This document shows positions 51,723 through 62,000 of a stretch of DNA of 64,000 nt, piece after piece. The stretch is from a bacterium. GTDB taxonomy: Bacteria > Patescibacteriota > Dojkabacteria > JAKAPS01. The stretch lies in NCBI GenBank assembly GCA_021806925.1, contig JAKAPS010000001.1, forward strand, positions 71,040-135,039, written 5' to 3'. The notes beneath the pieces are model-generated. The model saw only the letters and a list, made by a program, of their open reading frames with translations, was not told the DNA's origin and ran no database searches. Each line of letters starts with the position of its first letter. Positions within the stretch are counted from its first letter, which is position 1. The position numbers and the translations under genes are program-made.

Positions 51723-52185
51723 GGAAAGATGTAAGATAAAAAGAAGAGGGTTCACCTTAATTGAGATACTTATTGTTATTGCAATAAGTGTTATTATTCT
51801 ATCAATAAGTATTCCGTCTATGGGTGAGCTTCTCTTCGTTTTTCAGCTTAATTCCTCACTTAATCAAACAGTATTTGAATTAGTAAAAGCAAGAGACCTT
51901 GCAATACAGAATTATAACGGAAACGAATATATTTCTGTATATATAGATAATAATTCGATTGAATTAATAAATGGAAATTCAATAAATGGAACATCAATAG
52001 AGAATATACCTTTAAGTTACGGAGTATCTATAACAGCAACCCCTAACTTTTTCTATTTTAGTGACATAACAGGCAATTGCTCAGCTCAATCAAATATTAA
52101 ACTTACAGCAGTAAATAAGGCTACTGACTTAATTTCTCTAAACACATTAGGAGCTATAAATGTAACATATAACTATGCACAATAA
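51691..52185 (+). CDS. Prepilin-type (type IV pilin-like) protein
   Basis: Class III signal: ...KRRGFTLIEILIVIAISVIILSI, that is G|FTLIE with Glu+5. 32-bp overlap with the pilC end. Leader is unusually long (24 aa) if the ATG at 51691 is used. Confidence 0.7.
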   Translation: MEYLECNLLNRERCKIKRRGFTLIEILIVIAISVIILSISIPSMGELLFVFQLNSSLNQTVFELVKARDLAIQNYNGNEYISVYIDNNSIELINGNSINGTSIENIPLSYGVSITATPNFFYFSDITGNCSAQSNIKLTAVNKATDLISLNTLGAINVTYNYAQ

Positions 52186-52687
52186 TAACTATAGCAACAA
52201 TGTGTACTATAAGAAAAATGGATTTTCACTAGTTGAGGTTTTAATATCAATTGTAATCATCTCAATAGCTTTTAGTTCTACTCTGTTCTTTGCACAAAAT
52301 GCGTTCTATGCAACAAATTCTTCTGGAAACTTCACACTCGCTCTGGAAATAATTAATTCACAAGCTGAAGCAATAAGACAGCTAAGAAGTCAATCATGGG
52401 ATAATTTAATCCCTGGAAGTTATTATGCAATATATAACAGCGTTTCAAATCCTCCAAATCAAATTCAAGGATGGGAATTAATTGCAGGAACTGGCGTTAT
52501 TGGAAATATGTCAATCGAAGATACTATATCTGTTCCATACAGAGCAGATAGTAATACACTCACGACTACAGGAACAACAGCTGATACAAACATGCGTATA
52601 ATACAAATTACCGCCTCCTGGACACAAAATGGAGTTAATTATTCAAAGACAGAATATGAATATCTATCAGACTGGAAACCATTTTAA
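52175..52687 (+). CDS. Prepilin-type protein (minor pilin candidate)
   Basis: KKNGFSLVEVLISIVIISIAF is a prepilin cleavage/methylation motif. 170 aa. Confidence 0.65.
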   Translation: MHNNNYSNNVYYKKNGFSLVEVLISIVIISIAFSSTLFFAQNAFYATNSSGNFTLALEIINSQAEAIRQLRSQSWDNLIPGSYYAIYNSVSNPPNQIQGWELIAGTGVIGNMSIEDTISVPYRADSNTLTTTGTTADTNMRIIQITASWTQNGVNYSKTEYEYLSDWKPF

Positions 52688-53162
52688 TCGAGGTTTCACT
52701 CTTATCGAAACTATAATCTATATTTCCATATTTATATTTATTTTAACAATTTCAATGTCATTTCTTTTAATAGAAACATTTGATAATACACAATTAAATG
52801 AGACAACAGTTCAGCAAATGACAGGCAGAGATTTATCATATACTATTGGAGAAATAGTAATGAGTGCGGAAAATATTTCTGAGCCTACATATGCAAATCC
52901 TACTTCATCATCTCTCCAATTAACTGATGCAAATTCAAATAACATAGATATCTATTTACAAAATAACACTGTATATGAAAAGATCAATTCAAATTCACCT
53001 ATAGATATTACTGGTAATATTTCAAAGGTCAACACATTAAATTTCATAATTGAATCACAGTCTGGTCAAACGCCAAGTATTGAAGTGTATATAGATATAA
53101 GTGCCCCAAATGGGTTATTTCCACAAAATTTTGATAATGTTTTCTCAAATAGGAAAGTTTAA
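52629..53162 (+). CDS. Prepilin-type protein (minor pilin candidate)
   Basis: NRGFTLIETIIYISIFIFILTI. Probable start at the internal Met (about 52656). Confidence 0.65.
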   Translation: MELIIQRQNMNIYQTGNHFNRGFTLIETIIYISIFIFILTISMSFLLIETFDNTQLNETTVQQMTGRDLSYTIGEIVMSAENISEPTYANPTSSSLQLTDANSNNIDIYLQNNTVYEKINSNSPIDITGNISKVNTLNFIIESQSGQTPSIEVYIDISAPNGLFPQNFDNVFSNRKV

Positions 53163-54477
53163 TAGAAACAAGAATATAGGGCAGATAATGGTTCTATCTA
53201 CTATTGTATTTTCAGCAATTCTAATAATTGTATCACTATCAATTGGTGAACTTTCTACTCAAAGCTATATTTCAACTGATAATTCAATATATTCAACACA
53301 AGCTCAATTTATTGCAGAAAGTGCAGTTGAAAATGCAATACTTGAATATGAACAGAATTCTTCATACAATGGAGGAACTTTCACAACTCCTTATGGATCT
53401 GCAACTGTAAATGTTAGTTACAATCAAACAAGCGATGAATTAACTGTAAATACAAGCTCAACAATAAAAGGTTATACAAAAAAATATTCTGTTGTAGTAT
53501 CGATTAATAACAATCCTCAAATAACAAACTATGCACTTTATTCAAACTCTTCACTGTATACAAATGACGCAAGTGTAGTAGGAAATTCATATGTAAATGA
53601 TAACTTTTATACATATTCTTCAACATTTTCTGGAAATATGCTCGCAATAGGAGCAGGAAATGGACTTGGTAATTATGCATATGATACCCAATTCAAAACT
53701 GTTTTAAATGTTAGCAATTCGGGGAATATATATGTATATAACAATACAAGAATAAAGAATTATACTTCTATCGAGAATACTACCTACTACAAGAACAATC
53801 TGTATAGTGATTCCACATCAAATTATGGAACAACAATACAAACTTCTTCACTTGGAAATCAATTAACATCTCCATCATTCAATTTTTCTCAAGCTGGAAC
53901 TCTAGCAAGCCAGAATGGAACATATTTTAATGATCTAAATGACTTTAATAATTATTTAAACTCTGTTGCTACAACTGTTAATGGTGAAACTGTATATAAG
54001 CTTCCAAGTGGAATATATTATGTTGATTGTAGCCTCTCATTTTTTGGATTCTGTATTAATACATTTAGTTTTTTAGACACTAATGGAGAAATATCTGGAA
54101 CAAATGTAAGCATTGTTTTAAATTTCCCAGTACTTTTTTATGGAAGCATAAACATTTCTTCTCCATATGAAAATAACAATGAATACTACCCTTCTCTTGC
54201 AATTAACGGATGGTCTATATTCCTAGGAACAAACAATCCCAATCAAAGCAACTATTTAATATTGAATGGATTACTATACATAAATGGAACAATTGATCTA
54301 TATGGCGTTTCAAACAGCAACACTGCAGATGTAAATGGAGCTATATGGAGTACAGACAATTTAAATTTATATAGTTATACTAACGTTGTATATAATTCAA
54401 CATATATGACTAATCTAGCTGGATTTAATTTCCCTGTTAATCAAAATTCTATTGTCAGTTGGACTGAATCTCCATGA
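53101..54477 (+). CDS. PilX-like large minor pilin / pilus-associated protein
   Basis: 458 aa. N-terminal GQIMVLSTIVFSAILIIVSLSIGEL resembles the PilX N-terminal hydrophobic helix. N/S/T/Y-rich body. Probable start about 53137. Confidence 0.5.
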   Translation: MPQMGYFHKILIMFSQIGKFNRNKNIGQIMVLSTIVFSAILIIVSLSIGELSTQSYISTDNSIYSTQAQFIAESAVENAILEYEQNSSYNGGTFTTPYGSATVNVSYNQTSDELTVNTSSTIKGYTKKYSVVVSINNNPQITNYALYSNSSLYTNDASVVGNSYVNDNFYTYSSTFSGNMLAIGAGNGLGNYAYDTQFKTVLNVSNSGNIYVYNNTRIKNYTSIENTTYYKNNLYSDSTSNYGTTIQTSSLGNQLTSPSFNFSQAGTLASQNGTYFNDLNDFNNYLNSVATTVNGETVYKLPSGIYYVDCSLSFFGFCINTFSFLDTNGEISGTNVSIVLNFPVLFYGSINISSPYENNNEYYPSLAINGWSIFLGTNNPNQSNYLILNGLLYINGTIDLYGVSNSNTADVNGAIWSTDNLNLYSYTNVVYNSTYMTNLAGFNFPVNQNSIVSWTESP

Positions 54478-55037
54478 AAAAAAATTAGCACTTAAGACCA
54501 AATGTATACTAATACATTACAATAGTTCTACTAGCTGTATAACATTAGTGTATGAAAAGAGTTTTGTTTACAAAATCAGTTGAACATATTGATGATTAGG
54601 ATACTATTGTTGTGACTGGAATGCGTCAAGTATGGAAAACCAACCCTCCTAAAACAGGTTTTTGATCATATAGCAAGTAGTAATAAACTATTTTTAGATC
54701 TTGAAAACCCTCTATCTATAAGAAAACATACCATCACTTCATATAAAATATAGCATATAAATTTTACTCTATATACTCTTATTTAGTGACAACACATTTT
54801 TTTGCAATTTTCGTTCTTTGTTCATATATATCAATACAAGCAAGATATTTTATATAAAAATTTCGCGAAAGATCCGATATAGAAACTTGCTTTTACAGTA
54901 CCAAAACGAGTCTATAAAAAATCAAACTGAATTTGTTTGTTTTGTTGTACGAACAAATAGCTTTTTTTTATAATTTCATTTGTATGCAAGTTCCACCTCT
55001 ATTTGTTAGAGTGTCATATCCCCTAATGTTATACAGT

Positions 55038-58037
55038 TCAACATAAATGAATATTTTCTCTGGATTCGCTGTTAACTAAAAGTTCATTGTTAGCTAAACC
55101 AAAGTCATAAGATGTTTCATCAATATTACACCCACCCCATTCAACAACTGTAAATCCTTTTCTACTTATTCTTTTTATTTTCTGTTCTTCGATTTCAACT
55201 TTACCCTGAGTTTTTTTAAACACTATAAAAACCCTTATTAGTACATCAGGTATCGGATTAATATTCAATTTTGCCAATTTTTCATATTTCATCCCCTGAA
55301 ATGCCACAAGAGACCATTCATTTTTTTTAATTATTGGTCCCCAATATGTGATGAAGTCCTGCGATTCTGAAGAGTTTAAACCAAATTCTTTAGTCCTCCT
55401 TTCCAGGAAATCATATACATCTTTAGAGTGTACAGAAAAGCCACATGATAAATCCCAATTTACTGGGTTATTAAATCCATCCCAAAATATATATTTGTAT
55501 TCTTTTCCTTTATTTGTTAGCGTTCCATTTTTTGCTACATGAATATTCCACTCATTTTTATTATTAATTAATGGATACGTATCTCCTATTTTCCCTTTAA
55601 AATCAAGCCCTATATTAACATTTAGTCCTTGTTTTTTATCTGTATAAAAATAAATCACAGGTTTACGTGTTACACTAAAATTAGGATCTTTGAAATTTTC
55701 TATATCATAAATAATTGGTATTTGACTACTTTCACATTGAACAAGAACTGCCTGTTTACGACTTGGATATTCTACTCTATATATATTATATTTTTGAGTT
55801 TTACCATTCTTATCTTGTTCTACTACACTAATCTTAAATGTTGGCATAAAGTTAGTACTCTCTATTTTTTCTTTTTTTTCATTTAATCTGCGAACTTGAC
55901 TTATCGTCAGACCAAATTCTGAAATTTCTATATTATTAAATTTCCCATCAGTTGATATTTTAATATCGCTTTGACCATCTGTTCCGGTTATACTAAGACT
56001 TCTACTCACCTCCTCATAAATTGTCTGATAATCCAATGGACTTCTTCCGAGGTCTAGACTACATAATTCTAGTGGGACATTAGGAAGTACTAAAGTATTT
56101 TCTGTAGTTGACCTAAAGTTAACAAGATTTTGTGTTAAAAATCTCCTTATTGCTATTACTGCATTTAATTTAAGGTTATATGGTAATTTAATGTCATTTG
56201 CTTGTGTAGATGGGTTATCATTTAATGATTTTATATACTTCCTAACATCATCAAAACAAATAGTTTCTAAGATACCTCTATATTTAGAGTTTAAAAGTCT
56301 ATAAGCAAGATCTTCTATGGCAGATTCTTGACTATTATTATCACCATATATTTCATTATCTTTACTAACTTCAGCACTCGTTTTAGTTAATACTTCACCT
56401 AAAAATGGCATCCCGCTATTAGTTTTTAATAATTCTATAATTGATTTTTTCAAATCATTAGGAAGCTCACTAGGTGACCCTATATTACTACCTCCACAAT
56501 ATGCACCTATACTATATTGAGTATTACCAATATCATGTGATATGATTACATCTAAATAATCCTTTATTGCTCCTAATAACACACTGTCATTAATTGTTGA
56601 TAATCTCATTGACGGATAACCGTTTATATATATACTTATATCTTCAGTGTTTAATTCATTTCTCCCTAATGGAAACTCAATAGAGAACATTCTTGATTCA
56701 CCAAAATAAGGACTACTATTAATTTGGGGTCCATTAAAATTCACCTTCAACATTATTTCATCTGGATCATTAATAATCAGAACCACACTTTCTATGTTTA
56801 GATTATTACCTTTTCCACTTTCTGTTTTTAATACGCTATAAGGAACTATTAGCATATTTCTTATTTCTTCCTGTTTATTACTATTTGTTTGAATGTTATT
56901 ATTTTCTTGAGTTTGTAAGTTCGTGGGATTATTAGAAATATTTTTAAACAAATTTAAGAATGGGAAAGATGGATATTTTGCTTCTAATATACTTTGTAAA
57001 GACTTTATTTTGTCTAATAAATTGCTATCATTTTGGTACGGAATTATTCCATCAGATGATTTAATTTTTAGTTCAGTACAATTGCCTCCTATGTGCAAAT
57101 TTCCTGTACTTCCAACTCCATTAAATATATCTAATAGTAAACCCTTTATATTATTAGATATTGAATTATTATATCTAAAGTTAAACAAGTCAATAATATT
57201 AGTTTCAATAATGCCGACTCTCCCAATATCCATTCTAAAATACACATTATTTATATTTAAACCTGAATTATTATTAAGTGGAAGTATTATAGTAATCGGG
57301 TTTGGAATTGAATATGAACCTCTTCTTAAAACATGTACATTGAATTCAATTGTTTCCTTAGTATTATCTAACGTAATACCTTCAACAACAAACTCCTTAT
57401 TTTTTGTGCTTTGCGTAGTAGTATCTTTCAATAATTTATCAAAAAATTCCTGTGCTTTTTTTTTCTGTTCTTCAAGTTTCATTTCCTCTTCTAATCTATG
57501 TTGTTCATCTATTTTTTTTTGTTCATTAAGACATTTTATTCTTTGTTCTTCTTGTTCTTTTATTCGTCTTATTATATACCTGTTTGATTTATTAAAGTAT
57601 TCTGTTTGTATAGAAATTTTTGATTGATCACTTTCTGACAATCTTGAAGTATATTTTAATGATGATACAAAGCCTACTAGTTCTTCACTATTATGACTAT
57701 TAAAATTGTTAGTTAAAAATGTTAAATCATCAGATATTACAATACCATTTTCTTTTATGTATTCAATTATATTCTTAATATTAGTAAGGTGTTTAATTTC
57801 ATCTTCTCCCTTAGAATATTCTCTTTTGTATTTACCATTATTATATGGGTTTTGATCTTTAGCCACCAATATAATCTGACTGTATATAGGATTTTTATTT
57901 AATACAATTAAAACAGCACTTGCATCGAATTCATCAATTAAATCATTAGGAATTAATAGATAATAAGAAGCAGTAGGTGTAGCACCAAGACTTTGTTCAC
58001 AAGCAATTCTTGTTAATACTATTCCTTCTACTTCCAC
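55038..58037 (-). CDS. Large uncharacterised cytoplasmic protein (999 aa)
   Basis: Long ORF with protein-like composition and no TM segments. Coiled-coil segment around residues 150-210 (QEEQRIKCLNEQKKIDEQHRLEEEMKLEEQKKKAQEF). No P-loop, nuclease, protease or other motif that I can recognise. Confidence 0.6.
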   Translation of the reverse strand: MEVEGIVLTRIACEQSLGATPTASYYLLIPNDLIDEFDASAVLIVLNKNPIYSQIILVAKDQNPYNNGKYKREYSKGEDEIKHLTNIKNIIEYIKENGIVISDDLTFLTNNFNSHNSEELVGFVSSLKYTSRLSESDQSKISIQTEYFNKSNRYIIRRIKEQEEQRIKCLNEQKKIDEQHRLEEEMKLEEQKKKAQEFFDKLLKDTTTQSTKNKEFVVEGITLDNTKETIEFNVHVLRRGSYSIPNPITIILPLNNNSGLNINNVYFRMDIGRVGIIETNIIDLFNFRYNNSISNNIKGLLLDIFNGVGSTGNLHIGGNCTELKIKSSDGIIPYQNDSNLLDKIKSLQSILEAKYPSFPFLNLFKNISNNPTNLQTQENNNIQTNSNKQEEIRNMLIVPYSVLKTESGKGNNLNIESVVLIINDPDEIMLKVNFNGPQINSSPYFGESRMFSIEFPLGRNELNTEDISIYINGYPSMRLSTINDSVLLGAIKDYLDVIISHDIGNTQYSIGAYCGGSNIGSPSELPNDLKKSIIELLKTNSGMPFLGEVLTKTSAEVSKDNEIYGDNNSQESAIEDLAYRLLNSKYRGILETICFDDVRKYIKSLNDNPSTQANDIKLPYNLKLNAVIAIRRFLTQNLVNFRSTTENTLVLPNVPLELCSLDLGRSPLDYQTIYEEVSRSLSITGTDGQSDIKISTDGKFNNIEISEFGLTISQVRRLNEKKEKIESTNFMPTFKISVVEQDKNGKTQKYNIYRVEYPSRKQAVLVQCESSQIPIIYDIENFKDPNFSVTRKPVIYFYTDKKQGLNVNIGLDFKGKIGDTYPLINNKNEWNIHVAKNGTLTNKGKEYKYIFWDGFNNPVNWDLSCGFSVHSKDVYDFLERRTKEFGLNSSESQDFITYWGPIIKKNEWSLVAFQGMKYEKLAKLNINPIPDVLIRVFIVFKKTQGKVEIEEQKIKRISRKGFTVVEWGGCNIDETSYDFGLANNELLVNSESRENIHLC

Positions 58038-58076
58038 ACCTTTTTCTTTAATAAGTTCACCACACTCAATTCCACG

Positions 58077-58355
58077 TTATATAACATTCGCAATATCACT
58101 TTTTTCTTCCTTAAAAGACATATTAATTTCATATGTATTATCTTTACGAGAAATCATAGTTTCTTTTAACTCTTCTATTTTTTTAATTTTTTCTTCTAAT
58201 TCTGTGTTATATTTTTTCTCAACATTTTCATTTGTAGGTTGAATTTTATCTGCCTCAGGGTTAGAATGACTAGTTATCATTCTAACTACTTTAGTAAAAG
58301 CATCATGAATTTTATATAAAAGCCAACCTTTACCTGCCTGTTCTTTTCTTGTCAT
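58077..58355 (-). CDS. Small charged protein, co-oriented immediately upstream of the 999-aa gene
   Basis: 92 aa. Its stop lies 39 bp before the start of the 999-aa ORF. K/E-rich helical C-terminus. Confidence 0.4.
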   Translation of the reverse strand: MTRKEQAGKGWLLYKIHDAFTKVVRMITSHSNPEADKIQPTNENVEKKYNTELEEKIKKIEELKETMISRKDNTYEINMSFKEEKSDIANVI

Positions 58356-58457
58356 ACCATTTTATCTTACCACTTTTTATAGTAAATTCATATAGTATTG
58401 CTATTGAAATACCATTATATATGCGATATAATATATCCTATAAGCATAGGTAAAGAC

Positions 58458-59108
58458 ATGGAACAATTTAAATATCCACTTATTACTATAAGGGAAACTC
58501 AAAGGATATTAAATATTGCATCAACCATTGGCATAGTGTTATTATTAACCCCGCTTGCTTCTCCTGTTAGTCTACTGGTACCTGTTTCTGGTTGTTTAAT
58601 TTCTGCCGGATTAATAGGTACATCCATATTACTAAATAAAAAAGCTAAGGAACAAGATAAAAAAATAAATGAATATTTACTTAATTCCATAGACAAAGGT
58701 GTACTTTCATTATTAGATTATATGAATTTAGCAACCAATGTATTTAATGATTTAGAAGCCTACAAAAAATTAAGACTAAACAGCACAGAAGAAATTAACA
58801 AATTCAAAACTGATATTGGAAAAATCATTTCGAATATTGACTTTAATAATAATAAAATAAAAAATAAAAATGCTAAATATAATGATAAATATTATTTTTT
58901 ATTGACAGATATAATTAACCAATTGATATCCTACAAAACTAAAAAAGAATATGCTAATAAATTTGATTCTATTTACAATACAGAAAAGAGAAAAAGATTT
59001 ATGGATAAATATCTTCAAAAGGGATATAGTGTTGGATATATTGAACTTATATATATAGTAGATGAAATAATAGAAAATTATACGGTTAGTAATATAATAA
59101 ACATTTAA
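58458..59108 (+). CDS. Hypothetical two-TM membrane protein
   Basis: ORF-track start is 58398; the likelier start is MEQFKYPL at 58458. Two adjacent hydrophobic helices (IASTIGIVLLLTPLASPVSLLVPVSGCLISAGLIGTSILL), then a K/N-rich tail. Confidence 0.4.
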   Translation: MEQFKYPLITIRETQRILNIASTIGIVLLLTPLASPVSLLVPVSGCLISAGLIGTSILLNKKAKEQDKKINEYLLNSIDKGVLSLLDYMNLATNVFNDLEAYKKLRLNSTEEINKFKTDIGKIISNIDFNNNKIKNKNAKYNDKYYFLLTDIINQLISYKTKKEYANKFDSIYNTEKRKRFMDKYLQKGYSVGYIELIYIVDEIIENYTVSNIINI

Positions 59109-59631
59109 AAAGATCTTAGCCCAATTAATATAATTAGTTTAAAAAAATTATCTTTTTTTATAATAAAATCTTAAAATTATATAAAATTTTTACTGTCTGT
59201 TCGTCTGTAAATAATTTTAATAAATATATTCTAAGAATAAATTTGACTGACATTTAACAATCTACTTGTATATACTCAATAATTAAACTGTATATAATCT
59301 TGAAAAGAATTACGTGTTTTTACAATAAAATATCATCGCGTGATTTTACACTTTTTATAGAAAGATATTCTTTTGATTGGAAAATTAGCATTGAATATTT
59401 CATATATATACAGTAGTGACTAAACTTCATCGTACATTTTGCATTCTGTAATATAGTTGTTGCAGAAGCATAAGACATAGATTCCCAATTTTGTGCTGTC
59501 AAAAAGTCTGCAATGTTTAGATTGTAAGGTATAAAGTAAAGATTTTTAATAATCACTTTCAATACATTTACACACCGTTTGTGTTATTAAATATTCCGTT
59601 AAATGTAAGATAATATATTGACTTTCTCATA

Positions 59632-60500
59632 TTATTCAGTTCCGGGATTCTTTGCTACTCTACCAATACCAATTGCAGATAAATGCTCATTTATCTTTAC
59701 TTTATAAAGAGCCTCTTGACTAAAATTAAAAGTAGGATCATCAATTGCTCTTGCACCTATCTTTAACTCAGTATCAATTTTTAGAAAACGAAGATTTGAT
59801 AATAATCTCTCAATTTCAGGCTGAATTTTTAATGCAACACCACGGCTCAAATCCCCAAAGTGTTGAGCAACTTCTTCAATAGTTTTGTATTTCTGTATTA
59901 AATCCTTTGCTGTTTTAGGACCGATACCTTGTATTCCAAAAATATTATCAGTAGGATCTCCTTTAATTGCCAGATAGTCTCTGTAATGAGGAGGTTCAAA
60001 TCCCCATTTTTTTATAAAATCTTTTTTTTTGTAATAAATACAGCCTCAACTCTAATATCACGTACTAGAGTAATGCGTGTGAGCAAAGTCAAAGTCGTTC
60101 GATGAAACAAATGCTCTACCATATCTTCTTGCAATTTCACTTGCCAATGAACCAATCACATCATCGGCCTCATAATTTGGAGGCTCTATCCATTCAATAT
60201 TACATCGCTCAAGAATGGCTTTAATCATTGGAAGTTGTACATACATGCCTGTATCGTGTAATTCACGAGTCGCTTTGTACTCATGCCGTTCATCAATCTT
60301 GTTTTGAATTCCCGTCTCAGAATCAAATATGATTATGATTTTTCTGGATCTACGGCTTCCGTTATTCGTCTAAGTATTGCAAAAAAGCCATAAACAGCAT
60401 TAACTTTGACACCTTTGAAATTAGCAGCTTCAGGCACACTAAAATATGAACGAAATAAGTAATTACTACCATCTACAATTAAAGTATTTCTCATAGTCAT
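59632..60500 (-). pseudogene. 5'-3' exonuclease (Pol I N-terminal/FEN-like), disrupted by at least two frameshifts
   Basis: By manual translation, three different reverse frames each carry consecutive parts of one FEN-like protein. Frame 1 has MTMRNTLIVDGSNYLFRSYF...NAVYGFFAILRRITEAVDPEKS*. Frame 2 has ...FDSETGIQNKIDERHEYKATREL...EPPNYEADDVIGSLASEIARRYGRAFVSS.... Frame 3 has ...DYLAIKGDPTDNIFGIQGIGPKTAKDLIQKYKTIEEV.... The frame changes fall at A/T homopolymer runs (about 60345-60352 and the T9 run at about 60027-60035). The ORF-track fragments 59632..59850 and 60058..60246 are pieces of this gene. Confidence 0.65.
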
Positions 60501-60848
60501 TATGCATAAAATAAGTATACAATAACTAGAGACACTTTGGGATTATTCGACTTTTGTTTTTCTATTCGCAACCAGCATGCCAATGTTCCATACATAAAAA
60601 AAATGAGTTATTAATTCTAATATCCATTATTTAAGTCATTTGTCCAATATTAATTTTCTCACACACAAAAAGCTATGAAATAAAAATATGGATAAATAGT
60701 AATAATGAAGAAAAATTGAACTGAAGACATGTCTAGTTCACAAGTCTTCCCTAGACAATGGAATTATAAATTACTATTTTAATTCCTTTTACTGATTTAT
60801 TTAATTTGTGAGTAACTAATTTCTTGTTATAAAAAATTCCACTTCATA

Positions 60849-61418
60849 CTAATTTATATATTTCTTCTTAAATTTATTAACAAATCTATACATATTAGGA
60901 TCCATCTTTTGTATAGGTGTGCTTAATATATTTTCAATTGTAAGCCAATGAATGTTATAGAATTCCTCATGACTAAAATTCAAAGTTAATTCTGAATTAT
61001 ATTCTAGTGTGTACCATATACTTACATCCGTATGACCAGCCGTTAATCCAACTGTATCTGAAAAAGTTAAAAACATTGGGTTATTATCACCATTGAGAAA
61101 CTTTGCCTCTATGCCAAGTTCCTCCCCACATTCCCTACAAGCTGTGTCTTTAGGGTCTTCATTTACTTCAACATGCCCGCCAGTTGGTAATAGTAATTGT
61201 GCTTTTTTATGATCAACTAAAAGCATTTTCTTTTTTATCTTATCGTAAAGAACAAAATATGAGACCAAGTGTTTTTTGGGAATATCTGGCTTTTGTATAC
61301 GGTAAATCTCAACACCACTATCAACCCAATTCAAGGTGTTATTTATATCATCATATTCAATAGAATCATATGGATTTATTTTTTTGATTTGCTGTTTTAA
61401 GTATTCTTTACTATTCAT
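60849..61418 (-). CDS. Nudix hydrolase
   Basis: Nudix box GGHVEVNEDPKDTACRECGEELGIEA (G-x5-E-x7-REUXEEXGU pattern). 189 aa. Confidence 0.8.
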   Translation of the reverse strand: MNSKEYLKQQIKKINPYDSIEYDDINNTLNWVDSGVEIYRIQKPDIPKKHLVSYFVLYDKIKKKMLLVDHKKAQLLLPTGGHVEVNEDPKDTACRECGEELGIEAKFLNGDNNPMFLTFSDTVGLTAGHTDVSIWYTLEYNSELTLNFSHEEFYNIHWLTIENILSTPIQKMDPNMYRFVNKFKKKYIN

Positions 61419-61456
61419 TTATATATAAGTCTTAAAATGTAAACATAAAAAAACTG

Positions 61457-61531
61457 TGGAGCTGACAGGACTCGAACCTGCGACCTAATGTATGCCATAC
61501 ATTCGCTCTAACCAAACTGAGCTACAGCCCC
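61457..61531 (-). tRNA. tRNA-Ala (anticodon GGC)
   Basis: Reverse complement GGGGCTGTAGCTCAGTTTGGTTAGAGCGAATGTATGGCATACATTAGGTCGCAGGTTCGAGTCCTGTCAGCTCCA folds as a cloverleaf. 7-bp acceptor stem with the G3:U70 Ala identity pair. D-arm GCTC/GAGC. Anticodon stem AATGT/ACATT with loop AT-GGC-AT. T-arm with TTCGAGT loop. CCA not encoded. Confidence 0.85.
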
Positions 61532-61556
61532 TAAAGATACGTGTATATGTTTACAA

Positions 61557-61592
61557 CTGATTTTATATTAATACATTTATTTTTACAATACT
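61557..61592. repeat. 36-bp direct repeat copy 1 (promoter-like element upstream of tRNA-Ala)
   Basis: ctgattttatattaatacatttatttttacaatact. On the minus strand it reads agtaTTGTAAaaataaatgtattaataTAAAATcag, that is TTGTAA-N17-TAAAAT, a good sigma70-like promoter pointing into tRNA-Ala about 25 nt downstream. Confidence 0.7.
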
Positions 61593-61616
61593 ATCAATGA
61601 TATATATTTTCTTTGT

Positions 61617-62000
61617 TTATTCTACTTTAAAGTTGTCAGTTAAATGATTAAAAAGATTAAGAGTTTCAGGTAATTTTTCATATATATCTATTGCAAGAGA
61701 TTCATTATATGTGTGAGATGTTAAGTTTCGCATATCAATAATATCCAGCCATTTTGTATCGTACTGTATAACACCTCTTTTATATGCTTGTCTAAATATT
61801 TCCTTAGGAGATGAATATATTGAAACACCTTCGTATTCTTCAAGATAGGCCTTTAATAATTTCCATGATAAATCAACTGTAATTTCGAATCTTTGTATTG
61901 CACTGTCTCTAACAATATCTGTTTCAGGAATTGATAAAACATCACTGAGACGCATTTTAGCCATATTAAATTTTTCAAGTAGTATCTTTGTTTTATCCAT
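61617..62000 (-). CDS. hepT: HEPN-domain toxin (HepT / HI0074 nucleotidyltransferase-substrate-binding family)
   Basis: 127 aa. R-x4-H motif in RNLTSHTY near the C-terminus. 8-bp overlap with the upstream MNT gene. Confidence 0.75.
   Translation of the reverse strand: MDKTKILLEKFNMAKMRLSDVLSIPETDIVRDSAIQRFEITVDLSWKLLKAYLEEYEGVSIYSSPKEIFRQAYKRGVIQYDTKWLDIIDMRNLTSHTYNESLAIDIYEKLPETLNLFNHLTDNFKVE

Noticed and set aside
54930-54990. Possible intrinsic terminator (TTTGTT-gtacg-AACAAA followed by T8) in the non-coding stretch after the pilus genes
   Set aside because: The stem is only 6 bp and all A/T, and it lies about 450 bp downstream of the nearest plus-strand gene. Too weak to call.
59320-59562. 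80-aa minus-strand ORF between the two-TM gene and the exonuclease pseudogene
   Set aside because: No motif and odd composition (MKVIIKNLYFIPYNL...). It lies in a region that otherwise looks non-coding. Probably spurious.
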